From: a virus
Lineage: Duplodnaviria > Heunggongvirae > Uroviricota > Caudoviricetes
Virus record (IMG/VR): IMGVR_UViG_2925891887_000002
Direction: 5' to 3' (one strand)
Length of the DNA stretch: 58,711 nucleotides
Positions 22,859 through 35,266 of this stretch are shown one piece after another (positions within the stretch are counted from its first letter, which is position 1; each line of letters begins with the position of its first letter). The notes under the pieces were generated by a model. That model was not told the DNA's origin and made no database searches. It saw only the letters and a program-made list of their open reading frames with translations. Made by a program: the position numbers and the translations under genes.

Positions 22859-23263
22859 TCAACCAATCAACTTATAGCGACCATCCCGTGCATTGCGACG
22901 TACACGCTCAATCTTGAGGCATAGCGCCGCATCTGGCTTTTTTGGGACAGGTACGCGGCAATATTCAGAAGATCGAGGAATATTGTTTATCCAGTCGATC
23001 ACTTCACTTAAATACCAGGCCTTACGCCCTTCCGTAACCTGTACGCGTTCGGGGAACTCTCCGCGAGCCTCAAGGTTTAGCAATGTGCGACGGCTAAGGG
23101 TAGTAAGTTCCATCACCTGATTCATATCAACAAGGCGTTCACTTAAACGCATTTTGTCAGCAATAGCCTTTAATTCCTCTACTGCTGGATCCGGATACAT
23201 CATTTCGGCAATTGGCTTAAGGTCATTGTAATGATTCTGCATTGTATCCCCCTTTACACACAA
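22859..23263 (-). CDS. AlpA-like HTH protein with N-terminal extension
   Basis: 134-aa ORF; C-terminal half has an AlpA/excisionase-like motif. Confidence 0.5.
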   Translation of the reverse strand: MCVKGDTMQNHYNDLKPIAEMMYPDPAVEELKAIADKMRLSERLVDMNQVMELTTLSRRTLLNLEARGEFPERVQVTEGRKAWYLSEVIDWINNIPRSSEYCRVPVPKKPDAALCLKIERVRRNARDGRYKLIG

Positions 23264-23595
23264 GCCAGCGGCTGAACAGAAATACCTGAGCCAACAAACG
23301 CGGCAACCTTTGCCGACAGTTCTTTTACAGACTCAGGCCAGTTCAGAGCATCAACATTTAAAACACCTGTCTTATAAACCTGTGCCTGTGTTTTTTTCGC
23401 TGTGTCGATTTGTACAGCGGAAACATAAACCGCTTTACCTACGCTCGAACCATCCCATACCACCAGTGCACCTGTTGCATCTTCCTGCATCAGTGGCGTA
23501 AATGCAGGAATTACCCCTTTATTAGCTGAAAATATCCCCAGCGTAGTCACCAGTGCTTCAGTGCCAGCCATGAGTTCAGTGTAATGAGTAGCCAT
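23254..23595 (-). CDS. Head decoration protein D homologue (satellite)
   Basis: 113 aa; conserved blocks shared with D at 18591..18923 (TPLM..WDG, K(S/T)G..WPE). Confidence 0.7.
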   Translation of the reverse strand: MATHYTELMAGTEALVTTLGIFSANKGVIPAFTPLMQEDATGALVVWDGSSVGKAVYVSAVQIDTAKKTQAQVYKTGVLNVDALNWPESVKELSAKVAAFVGSGISVQPLACV

Positions 23596-23604
23596 TGCTC
23601 CCCC

Positions 23605-24651
23605 TTAGCCAATGCGAACGGTAACAAAACGATTGATGCGGGCCGGTATTGGCTGTGGTGCTGAATGTGTCTGCACATATTCAATAGCCGGATCACCAGG
23701 CACAATATAGTTTTTCGGTGCAAGTTCGGCTTTAGTCAGCCCCATTCGGATTAGCTCCGGATCCTGAATACCGCCATAGGCGACAATCCCCTGAAGAGCC
23801 GTATTGCCAAGCACCATCAAATCAGGATCAAGGAAATGTTTTTCTGTTCCGTCCTCGTCGGTATAACGCCCGCTGTAAACAACAATCGCAACATCGCCCA
23901 TATACCCTTTAAAACTCACCGAATCACCAAGGTCTTTAAGGGCCGTTTCCAGTTCGGAATTAGAACCACGACGGGTATCCAAAGCCTCTTTTATCGCTCT
24001 GAATGAACGGTATTTCTTCCATACATTACCACCCATAATGATGATATTAGTGACGCCCTCACTAAATTCTGCGTAGCTCTCAATATCATCATTTGGATCA
24101 AAAGTTTCTTTATCCTTACCTGACCACTCAGTACCGCCAGACTGAGTGATGATATTTTGTGGTTTTATATTCCAGTCCAGCTCATAACGTTCAATACCAT
24201 CGCCCTCAATGATATTTTTCCCCGTTGTGATTGCCTGAACAGCAAGCCATTCAATACGTGCACGAATAGCTTTAGCCTGATTTACAATCGCCTGTTTAAC
24301 TTTAATATTACGCGCCCCAAAAGCATTGTATTGCTCAGGTGACACACCAGCAGGGCGCACAGCTAACTTATTTGGATCAATGCTGCTTTTCGGCTTCATA
24401 TAACCTGGACGAATTGTTTTTGATTCGTATCCCTCATCTCGTGAAACTTTACTGCCCACCATAGGAGAGCAAAACGCCGCGATCGGGATATTTGGATCGT
24501 CGATCGTATCAAGAATAATGTCTCTCGATTCAAACATTACCGAGCGAGTGAAAAACAAACTGGTAAACAACGCATTTAATTTTTTTTGCACATCTTCAGC
24601 ATTAGCCACCTGCACAAGCTGTGTAGGCGAATATAAATCAACCATACGCAT
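23605..24651 (-). CDS. Major capsid protein E homologue (satellite)
   Basis: Aligns with E along its length (ITQSGGTEWS, DPxDDIE, LDTRRGSNSELETA, AIVVYSG); start chosen at MRMVDLY; ORF extends upstream to 24819. Confidence 0.75.
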   Translation of the reverse strand: MRMVDLYSPTQLVQVANAEDVQKKLNALFTSLFFTRSVMFESRDIILDTIDDPNIPIAAFCSPMVGSKVSRDEGYESKTIRPGYMKPKSSIDPNKLAVRPAGVSPEQYNAFGARNIKVKQAIVNQAKAIRARIEWLAVQAITTGKNIIEGDGIERYELDWNIKPQNIITQSGGTEWSGKDKETFDPNDDIESYAEFSEGVTNIIIMGGNVWKKYRSFRAIKEALDTRRGSNSELETALKDLGDSVSFKGYMGDVAIVVYSGRYTDEDGTEKHFLDPDLMVLGNTALQGIVAYGGIQDPELIRMGLTKAELAPKNYIVPGDPAIEYVQTHSAPQPIPARINRFVTVRIG

Positions 24652-24862
24652 CCTCTTTGCATTCATTAAAAATAATTGTGGATATATGCTATCACCGATA
24701 TTTGTCATGCGAATACATGCAACCGAGTGCAATGTTGTATAAAGTTTTGGGATAACAACTTCAGCGCGGATAATTAGTGTTAATATCTTCACTCCCTTTG
24801 GTCGGGATTTATGTAGCATGCCGGAAAATTTATTTTTTTCCGGCCTTTTTTATTGGCAATAT

Positions 24863-25312
24863 TTAAAACGGAATATCATCTCCCCATTGCTCATTTTCTC
24901 CCACTGGTGGATGGCTTCCTTGCTGATCTGCCTGTTGTTTTGCTCTGTTCAGTGCGTCAGTAGCCTGACCCTGTTGACCTTTTTTGCCGCCCGGTCGCAC
25001 CGTTCGCGCACTGATTACGCTGTCTGCGATAACCTGCCAGCCCTGCCGCGTTTCACCGTTCTGGCCTGTCCACTGTCTTACCTGCATGTTACCCGCCACG
25101 CTCACCAGTTCGCCTTTGTGGTGTTTTGCCAGTGCGTCGGCCTGTCTGCCAAACGCCAGGACGGATAACCACATCGTCGCCGTTCCGTCATCTGCCTGGC
25201 TGCACGGAAGGGGGACCGCCATACTAGCCATCGTCATTTGTGTACCCTTGCTGGTGGTCTTTAACTGCGGGTCAGCCACCAGCCGCCCGTAAGCCGCTAT
25301 CTGTGCTGTCAT
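24863..25312 (-). CDS. ssb: Single-stranded DNA-binding protein
   Basis: 149 aa, OB-fold-like, ends with the SSB acidic tip DDIPF. Confidence 0.7.
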   Translation of the reverse strand: MTAQIAAYGRLVADPQLKTTSKGTQMTMASMAVPLPCSQADDGTATMWLSVLAFGRQADALAKHHKGELVSVAGNMQVRQWTGQNGETRQGWQVIADSVISARTVRPGGKKGQQGQATDALNRAKQQADQQGSHPPVGENEQWGDDIPF

Positions 25313-25560
25313 GCTGTCTGCTCTCCAGTTTTAACGTTGATGGTTGTCACCTGTTCCGCTTCGGCAATCTCCCGTTCTGTCAGCGTGGCAAAGTTTGCCG
25401 CCGTCGTGGTCATGAATGCGCTTATCAGTTCGGGGTGTGCTTTCGCGTATCCTTCCCCAGCGTGGCGGTCTATCGTTCTGATTGCCACCTTTAAGGCGTG
25501 CTCTGTCATGTCTAACGCTTTATATTTTGGCGCTGTCTTATCTCTGGTTTTTCTGGTCAT
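25309..25560 (-). CDS. Hypothetical protein (satellite)
   Basis: 83-aa ORF between ori and ssb. Confidence 0.4.
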   Translation of the reverse strand: MTRKTRDKTAPKYKALDMTEHALKVAIRTIDRHAGEGYAKAHPELISAFMTTTAANFATLTEREIAEAEQVTTINVKTGEQTA

Positions 25561-25765
25561 TCCTCACTGCTCCCCACTTTTACTACCCACTTTTTGAAAT
25601 TACCCAACGTCTCCCCACTTCTTTTTTTTGTGATTCTAACGTGATGTTTTTCAATGTGTTTTTTATTCCCCACTTTTTGGGGTATATACAGGTGGGAAAG
25701 TGGGGAATCACGTTTCAATTTTGTTAAATTCCCCACACTCCCCACTTTTACTACCCACTTTTTAC
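25561..25765. repeat. Putative satellite replication origin with CCCCACT iterons
   Basis: At least eight CCCCACT(T) motifs in both orientations plus AT-rich stretches, directly 3' of the rep gene. Confidence 0.6.
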
Positions 25766-27177
25766 AGTGGGCGCACGTCATCACCGTCAATAGCAATAAC
25801 GCCATCACCTTCCAGCTTGTACAGCCAGCGCCGGAAGTGTTTCATCTCATACCCCAGCTTTTTCATATCATCGCGCAACAACGGAATAGTGCATTTATCT
25901 CCGCGCTGTGTGCGTGAACGGATACAGCCCCATAGCGCGGCATGATTCTCCGTCTTGTTCCCGGCTTCCTCGATGCGCTCCAGTTCAACGGGTGGGCGCG
26001 GCTTATCCACAACAACCAGCGACGTGATTAACTCCCCGTCAGTGTCGGTAAAAAGCTCCACCACACGTAAATCGTATGCGGCCTCTTTCAGTTCCTCCGC
26101 GTCCTTCATTTTTGTGCAGGAGATAACCAGGGCTTCACTGTCTGCACCTTCACGGCGAATACGGTATTCAGCGTCCAGAGATGCACGAAATGCACTGGAA
26201 CCACGCGCCCCCTTTGTTTCATCCTTGCCGGAATGGTGAACCACCAGCACCGTGGCCCCTGTGCGGCGTTTCAGTTCGTCACATCCACGGATAAACGCCC
26301 CCATATCCCGCGCGTCATTTTCATCATTACCGCCAAAGCAACGCGCCAGCGTATCAAGAATAATCATGCGTACCGGTTTACCCGTTTCCCGTTCAACCTG
26401 GCGGGAAGCGATGACCATTTCATCAACATCAAGCGGGACTGCCGGAAAAATCGGGCGGTTTACCAGGTACAGATTTTCCACCCGTTCATCATTAACGATT
26501 TCCCATGCCTTGATACGGCGGGGGACACCAATGCCACCTTCACCGACAACATACATCACCGAACCATGCGCCACCCTGCGGCCTCCCCAGTGACGGCCAG
26601 TGGCAACATGACACGCCCAGGAACACGCGAGGAACGATTTATAGGAACCGCTCGCGCCGTATGTGCTGCACAATGAATTAGCCGGAATCACGCCCTTAAC
26701 GACATAATCAAGCTGTGTGTCGTACCCTGCAGATCCAATGCTCATTGGTAGCGTGGTTTTTCGCTGGCTGTATTGCTCGTCAGTAAGTATTTCCCCGCGC
26801 TCTGCCTGTTCGCGGATCCGTTGCAGGTAGTCGTGCCAGTTCTCCAGCTTCTGGCTGTGCATTCCATCAGGGTAATAATTCGCATCCCGTACACCTGCCG
26901 CCGCCAGCTTTTGCCCGATAGCATTAATATTTGACGGCTTGATGTGGCCTGCCTTGTACAGCCGGACACAATAGCGACCATCGTCGATAATTTTCAGGTC
27001 TGCCAGTTCGTCAAGCTGGCTGTCTCCCAGCCATACAGGCGGGACGTTATCACCAGCAAGTCGCCCGTCCTGTTCCTGCCACTGTTTCGCGTGCGCCCAG
27101 GCATCACTACCCGCAAAAATAATGACTTCGGTCATTTTGTCGTGTGGCTGTTTTTTTAAGTTCGGTGCCAGTTTCAT
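25762..27177 (-). CDS. Replication initiator ATPase (RepA/AAA_25-like helicase with primase-like N-terminus)
   Basis: 471 aa; Walker A GASGSYKS; ILDTLARCF and LVVHHSGK motifs. Confidence 0.7.
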   Translation of the reverse strand: MKLAPNLKKQPHDKMTEVIIFAGSDAWAHAKQWQEQDGRLAGDNVPPVWLGDSQLDELADLKIIDDGRYCVRLYKAGHIKPSNINAIGQKLAAAGVRDANYYPDGMHSQKLENWHDYLQRIREQAERGEILTDEQYSQRKTTLPMSIGSAGYDTQLDYVVKGVIPANSLCSTYGASGSYKSFLACSWACHVATGRHWGGRRVAHGSVMYVVGEGGIGVPRRIKAWEIVNDERVENLYLVNRPIFPAVPLDVDEMVIASRQVERETGKPVRMIILDTLARCFGGNDENDARDMGAFIRGCDELKRRTGATVLVVHHSGKDETKGARGSSAFRASLDAEYRIRREGADSEALVISCTKMKDAEELKEAAYDLRVVELFTDTDGELITSLVVVDKPRPPVELERIEEAGNKTENHAALWGCIRSRTQRGDKCTIPLLRDDMKKLGYEMKHFRRWLYKLEGDGVIAIDGDDVRPL

Positions 27178-27473
27178 TTTTTGCCCCTGAATGCGTTAAT
27201 CATGTTTTTCATTTTCTGAATATTTGCCCGTGCCTTTGCGTTGCTGGTGGGCTGTTTGCGTGGTGTGGCCTGTATCAGTGAAAAATCACGCCGGAACTGA
27301 TAAGCAGGCATCACGCAGTCATAGCCGTACCCATCACGGCGGTAAGTAACGCACCGCCCCGCCACGCTTTTAATCGTTACCGTGCCACCGTAGTTATCCC
27401 GGAAAATATCGCCGGGGCGGATTTCAGGCCGAGGGAGACCACTGGCAGTAAAGCCAGAATTTTTCTGTTTCAT
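27174..27473 (-). CDS. Hypothetical protein
   Basis: 99-aa ORF. Confidence 0.4.
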   Translation of the reverse strand: MKQKNSGFTASGLPRPEIRPGDIFRDNYGGTVTIKSVAGRCVTYRRDGYGYDCVMPAYQFRRDFSLIQATPRKQPTSNAKARANIQKMKNMINAFRGKK

Positions 27474-27479
27474 GTTTTT

Positions 27480-27698
27480 TTACTCCAGAGGCAGATTTTT
27501 AGCGGCGAGTTCAATATCAGATGTCAGAGAAACCTGTGTATTTGCCAGGTCTAACAACAAAGAAATAAGAATTTCCTCTCTGCTATCGGATTCATCGGTG
27601 CTAAGGCTGTTCATCCACATATTGACGACTTCCCTGATTTTTTTCGCAGAGTGCAGGGCTTCAAATGCCAGGTCTTCAATATCATGTTTATTTCGCAT
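27480..27698 (-). CDS. Hypothetical small protein
   Basis: ORF from internal Met MRNKHDIEDL. Confidence 0.3.
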   Translation of the reverse strand: MRNKHDIEDLAFEALHSAKKIREVVNMWMNSLSTDESDSREEILISLLLDLANTQVSLTSDIELAAKNLPLE

Positions 27699-27900
27699 AA
27701 TCGCCCCCGCGTAACTGGTCTGCACTAACACCCGATTTAGTGAGCATTTCAGAAAATCCCGCAAGAGTGCTGATAAATTCGTTTTCCATTAAACGGCACT
27801 GGCATTTAACCCGGCCTTTTTCCAGATACACCAGTACGCGCCACGTATAATCTGACGGCACATTCAGCACTACAGATAAGTGCGCTTCATTATTATTCAT
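27688..27900 (-). CDS. Hypothetical small protein
   Basis: 70-aa ORF. Confidence 0.35.
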   Translation of the reverse strand: MNNNEAHLSVVLNVPSDYTWRVLVYLEKGRVKCQCRLMENEFISTLAGFSEMLTKSGVSADQLRGGDYAK

Positions 27901-28129
27901 GGCTCACCACCTCCATATCAGCCATGATAATTTTGCTGGCCTCATTCAGTGCCATATCAGCACTAAGTTGCATTACAGCCAGTGAATGAGGAACGAAAGC
28001 CCCGGCATATTCTGTTTCACTGGTAGCGTGCTTATGCGCCCTGTCCGCGATAACAGAAATATCAATCAGCGCATCAATCAGTGTTTTGATTGCTTCGGCG
28101 GCTGCGTCCGGACGGGTGTTATTGCACAT
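27893..28129 (-). CDS. Hypothetical small protein
   Basis: 78-aa ORF. Confidence 0.35.
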   Translation of the reverse strand: MCNNTRPDAAAEAIKTLIDALIDISVIADRAHKHATSETEYAGAFVPHSLAVMQLSADMALNEASKIIMADMEVVSHE

Positions 28130-28325
28130 GGTGCACCCCCTGACGAATACGGGCGGCGAATACCATCACGCAGCCAGCCGGTGATTGCTGACGGGCTTCC
28201 TGTTCGCTGGTGGCCTCAATGGTAATCACGCGCGGTTGTGCCGTACTCAGGGCGATAAAACGCCAGATGTATTTATTCAGGTTGTGCGAGCCCCGCCCTT
28301 GCGGGTGTGTGGTATGATTTCTCAT
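28119..28325 (-). CDS. Hypothetical small protein, first gene of the leftward satellite operon
   Basis: 68-aa tail of a longer spurious ORF, starting at ATG 28323..28325 next to the operator region. Confidence 0.35.
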   Translation of the reverse strand: MRNHTTHPQGRGSHNLNKYIWRFIALSTAQPRVITIEATSEQEARQQSPAGCVMVFAARIRQGVHHVQ

Positions 28326-28422
28326 AGCTACCTCGATACTGTTGCTATCGTTGGTGGTTAGAAGCCCGGTTAGTGTTAGCGCACTGCCGGGTTTCGTCGT
28401 TTCTGCACCTTGCACCAACAAG

Positions 28423-28474
28423 GTGTTGAACACCAATTTAAACCCAGGTGTTGAACACGTCAAGTGTTGAACAC
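28423..28474. promoter_or_regulatory. Three direct repeats of GTGTTGAACAC in a divergent promoter region (putative operators)
   Basis: Repeats at 28423, 28448 and 28464 between divergent small genes. Confidence 0.55.
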
Positions 28475-28524
28475 TTGTTTTTTTTCCTGCATACTGCATT
28501 TGTTTTTTGTGAGGGGTACACAAC

Positions 28525-28704
28525 ATGGCGACAAAAGCAGTAAACGCAAAATCACAAACAGTTGCGGCAAGGGTTCCGCATGAAGTTATGAACAATGTTG
28601 AGGCGGTAAAAATGCCTGGTGAAAGTACAGGGCAGTTTGTAACAGCAGCATTAAAGCGAGAAGTTGAATACCGCCAGCGACGCAAGGCTAAAGAGCAAGA
28701 ATAA
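28525..28704 (+). CDS. Small putative DNA-binding regulator
   Basis: 59-aa ORF (not in the track) with GAGGGG Shine-Dalgarno 8 nt upstream. Confidence 0.45.
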   Translation: MATKAVNAKSQTVAARVPHEVMNNVEAVKMPGESTGQFVTAALKREVEYRQRRKAKEQE

Positions 28705-28761
28705 TCACTATCAGCGCTGTGGTGTGAGGTACTCCGGCGCATTGCTTTACAGGTCGGCACT

Positions 28762-28971
28762 ATGAGCAAAAAATACCTATCCACTGAAGAGATTTTCGCA
28801 GAACAACGAAGATTGCTTTTACAGAGCATTGTTGCACGCCAGAAAGAAAAGGCACACGCTAAACAAATGCCACCAAATACAGAACCAGCGCCTACAAAAT
28901 TTGCGCTTGATGAGTTTCTCAATAAACAGCCCCGGGTAATGAAAGCTAACAGGAACCGCCCACCAGGCTGA
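28762..28971 (+). CDS. Hypothetical small protein
   Basis: 69-aa ORF downstream of the regulator. Confidence 0.4.
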   Translation: MSKKYLSTEEIFAEQRRLLLQSIVARQKEKAHAKQMPPNTEPAPTKFALDEFLNKQPRVMKANRNRPPG

Positions 28972-29067
28972 TCACATTGCCCACCAGCCGCAAATGTGGC
29001 ATTGTTGGTGATGCTTTTGTTTTCCCTTGTTCCCACTGGCGACCCTTTTGCGGTCGCCTTTGTTTTG

Positions 29068-29646
29068 TCACTGAATGCGGTTACCAAAGTAAAACTCAGG
29101 CTGATATTCACGTATCAGCGTTTTTTCTTCTTCCTCCAGCTCACGCTTTTTGCGCTTACATGCCTGTAGCTCCCTCCCCTTCTCGCTGGCACTTATTTGA
29201 TATTGCTCTTTACGGCGGGAAAAATCCTGTAATGCACCCCACGGGATACCATAAGCCCCCGTTTTTCTGATACCCGGTATCACATTTCTGAATACCCAGT
29301 TACTGAAACGATGAGCAAATGTGCCAGGCGTCGTTGCTTTGCGGCTGCGGGCTATTAGTTTGTAGAAACCTGACTCAGAGATAATTCTCATATTCTGATT
29401 TCCTCCTGGGGTGTAAGTTAAATTTACTCCCTTTTCATCATCATCAAGCATCTGCAACGCCGTACGCGAATTGGTTAGTTCCAGCACAGCACAAACATCT
29501 TTTGCAACAAACCACGGATCGCCGTTCAGATACACCACACGAACGTTCACACTATCAAAGCGCAGAACGACGAGATCACGAATATCGCAGAATTTTTTCA
29601 CTGGACGAGCGTACCCCTTGCCCGTCACGGCAATATTTTTATTCAT
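29068..29646 (-). CDS. Bro-N domain protein (antirepressor-like)
   Basis: 192 aa; N-terminal motif VRVVYLNGDPWFVAKDV typical of Bro-N. Confidence 0.65.
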   Translation of the reverse strand: MNKNIAVTGKGYARPVKKFCDIRDLVVLRFDSVNVRVVYLNGDPWFVAKDVCAVLELTNSRTALQMLDDDEKGVNLTYTPGGNQNMRIISESGFYKLIARSRKATTPGTFAHRFSNWVFRNVIPGIRKTGAYGIPWGALQDFSRRKEQYQISASEKGRELQACKRKKRELEEEEKTLIREYQPEFYFGNRIQ

Positions 29647-29663
29647 CGCGTTTTTACCTTATA

Positions 29664-29690
29664 GACAAAAAACCCCTCGTGATGAGGGGC
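29664..29690 (-). terminator. Rho-independent terminator downstream of alpA
   Basis: CCCCTC..GAGGGG hairpin followed by a T-run on the minus strand. Confidence 0.55.
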
Positions 29691-29702
29691 ATTATTTACT
29701 GG

Positions 29703-29960
29703 TTATTGCTGTTTTGTTTTTCCAGGTTTCCATCCAGGATGCCACTCACCACGGATCCATGCCTGAACCTCTGAAAGTCGATACCCTGCAGCACGTTCAC
29801 CGATCTTGATACGTCGCGGGAATTTACCTGCCTGCTCCATTTTCCAGCGTGTTGAGTTTGCCAGCGTGGTAAGTGCTATGCACTCTTTTTCACGAATGAA
29901 CCGATCAATGTCCTTCATTGTGCGCAAATCGTTTTCATCAACAAGAGAATAAATTGCCAT
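29703..29960 (-). CDS. alpA: AlpA-family regulator / excisionase
   Basis: 85 aa, AlpA motif, directly downstream of int. Confidence 0.75.
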   Translation of the reverse strand: MAIYSLVDENDLRTMKDIDRFIREKECIALTTLANSTRWKMEQAGKFPRRIKIGERAAGYRLSEVQAWIRGEWHPGWKPGKTKQQ

Positions 29961-29961
29961 A

Positions 29962-31203
29962 TCACACCACCTCTTTATTAAGCTCGATAACGTTGTTGTT
30001 AAATCCTGCTATCGTATTAAGGTAATTAACCCATATATTAAGCACCTCAAGTTTTTTCTTTATATGCCTGCTTTTATTGTAAACACCAGCAACCCCTTTC
30101 ACTTTATGACCTAAAAGAAGTTCGACAATATAAGGATCCGCCCCCATATCATTAAGCGTAGTGGAAAATGTGCGCCTGAAATCATGTATGCACCACAAGC
30201 CATTAGTATCATGACCAAGACGCCTGCATATTCTGTTTGCAGCCCCTGTTATTGTCGCCCTTTGCAAAGCACAACCGACAACATAACCGCGATTTTTTGT
30301 TTCTGCGTAAAGATTAACGATCCATTGTTTTATTCCGTCAGGAACAGGCCTTACTATAGCCTCCTTGTTTTTGCTGTGCTCTTTTGGGACTGTCCATACC
30401 CAGTTTTTTAAATCCCATTCGTCCCAGGTGGATAGCCTCGCCTCCTGCTGTCGGCAACCAAACACCAGGCAGATAACCATTATTCTTCGGTTATATATTG
30501 ATGACAGAGTTAGCAAATTATTACCGTAAGCATAAGACCATACATCAGCGGTTTCATTGATATTAAGAACGCGATCCCTTATACCGGATGAGCGCCCGAC
30601 ATAACTTACGTTAATATCTCCAAAGGGATCGCACGCGATGTATTGCCTGACGCGACAAAAACGCAACGCCTGTTTGATATCAAGAAAAATTGCACCAGAC
30701 ATAACAGGCGCATTTTTTTTGATCCTGTCAAAGACGGTAAGCCATGTGTGTAATTTGCACTGTTCTATAGCCATATCACCGATATAGGGGAAGATATGCT
30801 TTTCAAATCGTTTTATTAAATATTCATGCTCTTTTCTGGCTGTTGTGGCGTGATTGTCGTACCAGTAAAACAGCGCATCCCTTACGGTCACTGGTTGCAT
30901 AGTTTTTTCGGCAGCAAGTTTTATTTGCCTGCGGGGGTCCAGATTTTCAGCCAGCCATTCACGGCACTGATCACGCATGCGCCTGGCCGTTGCAAGAGAC
31001 ATGTCAGGATAGCGACCAAGTGTAAGCCATACCGGAGGGGATTCCCTGCCACCAAGACGATAGTAAAAAACAAAGCTGATCCCCCCAACCATGCTTACAC
31101 GCACAGACAACCCGCGCCCATCCGCTATTGTTTTTTGTTTGTCCTGCCGTTTTCCGACAAGACTCTTTAACAGTTTGTCACTGAGTTTGTTTTCAATAGC
31201 CAT
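29962..31203 (-). CDS. int: Tyrosine integrase (P4/PICI-type)
   Basis: 413 aa; C-terminal HDFRRTF and LLGH..Y catalytic motifs. Confidence 0.85.
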   Translation of the reverse strand: MAIENKLSDKLLKSLVGKRQDKQKTIADGRGLSVRVSMVGGISFVFYYRLGGRESPPVWLTLGRYPDMSLATARRMRDQCREWLAENLDPRRQIKLAAEKTMQPVTVRDALFYWYDNHATTARKEHEYLIKRFEKHIFPYIGDMAIEQCKLHTWLTVFDRIKKNAPVMSGAIFLDIKQALRFCRVRQYIACDPFGDINVSYVGRSSGIRDRVLNINETADVWSYAYGNNLLTLSSIYNRRIMVICLVFGCRQQEARLSTWDEWDLKNWVWTVPKEHSKNKEAIVRPVPDGIKQWIVNLYAETKNRGYVVGCALQRATITGAANRICRRLGHDTNGLWCIHDFRRTFSTTLNDMGADPYIVELLLGHKVKGVAGVYNKSRHIKKKLEVLNIWVNYLNTIAGFNNNVIELNKEVV

Positions 31204-31223
31204 TAAAAGCCCTCAAGAGATTT

Positions 31224-31274
31224 GCAATACACACCCATCCCGATCGCCAATTTGCAATACACATTGCAATACAC
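31224..31274 (+). repeat. Three GCAATACAC direct repeats, putative integrase arm-type sites (int-proximal)
   Basis: Copies at 31224, 31254 and 31266. Confidence 0.5.
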
Positions 31275-31399
31275 AAAACCGCGAAAAACTGGAAGGGTGA
31301 TGAACGGTCATCAAAAGCATGGAAAACGACATTCCAGACGCAGCAAGGGTTTCAGTGGAGTTGGCGAACGATGCGGGCAACTACGGTGAGATGATAGAC

Positions 31400-34332
<2,933 letters not shown>

Positions 34333-34358
<26 letters not shown>

Positions 34359-34878
34359 TCAGCAACCCCGGTATCAGTTCATCCAGCGCGGCTGCTTTGT
34401 TCATGGCTTTGATGATATCCCGTTTCAGGAAATCAACATGTCGGTTTTCCAGTTCCGGAAAACGCCGCTGCACCGACAGGGGGATCCCGTCGAGAATACT
34501 GGCAATTTCACCTGCGATCCGCGACAACACGAAAGTACAGAATGCGGTTTCCACCACTTCAGCGGAGTCTCTGGCATTCTTCAGTTCCTGTGCGTCGGCC
34601 TGCGCACGCGTAAGTCGATGGCGTTCGTACTCAATAGTCCCTGGCTGGAGATCTGCCTCGCTGGCCTGCCGCAGTTCTTCAACCTCCCGGCGCAGCTTTT
34701 CGTTCTCAATTTCAGCATCCCTTTCGGCATACCATTTTATGACGGCGGCAGAGTCATAAAGCGCCTCATTACCCTTGCCACCGCCTCGCAGAACGGGCAT
34801 TCCCTGTTCCTGCCAGTTCTGAATGGTACGGATACTCGCACCGAAAATGTCAGCCAGCTGCTTTTTGTTGACTTCCAT
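34333..34878 (-). CDS. Nu1: Terminase small subunit Nu1
   Basis: 181 aa, lambda Nu1 match. Confidence 0.95.
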
Positions 34879-35055
34879 TGTTCATTCCACGGACAAAAAC
34901 AGAGAAAGGAAACGACAGAGGCCAAAAAGCTCGCTTTCAGCACCTGTCGCTTCCTTTCTTTTCAGAGGGTATTTTAAATAAAAACATTAAGTTATGACGA
35001 AGAAGAACGGAAACGCCTTAAACCGGAAAATTTTCATAAATAGCGAAAACCCGCG

Positions 35056-35067
35056 AGGTCGCCGCCC
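35056..35067. other. Prophage cosN (12-nt cohesive end)
   Basis: AGGTCGCCGCCC with flanks matching both lambda ends as recalled. Confidence 0.9.
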
Positions 35068-35266
35068 CGTAACCTGTCGGATCGCCGGAAAGGACCCGCA
35101 AAATGATAATAATTATCATCTGCATGTCACAACGTGCATCTACGCCATCAAACCACGTCAAATAATCAATTATGACGCAGGTATCATATTAATTGATCTG
35201 CATCAACTTAACGTAAAAACAACTTCAGACAATACAAATCAGCGACACTGAATACGGGACAACCTC

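Noticed and set aside
28119-29111. 330-aa minus-strand ORF spanning the satellite regulatory region
   Set aside because: It runs through the operator repeats and antisense across two plus-strand small genes with good start context. Only its last 68 codons (28119..28325) are kept, as a low-confidence gene.
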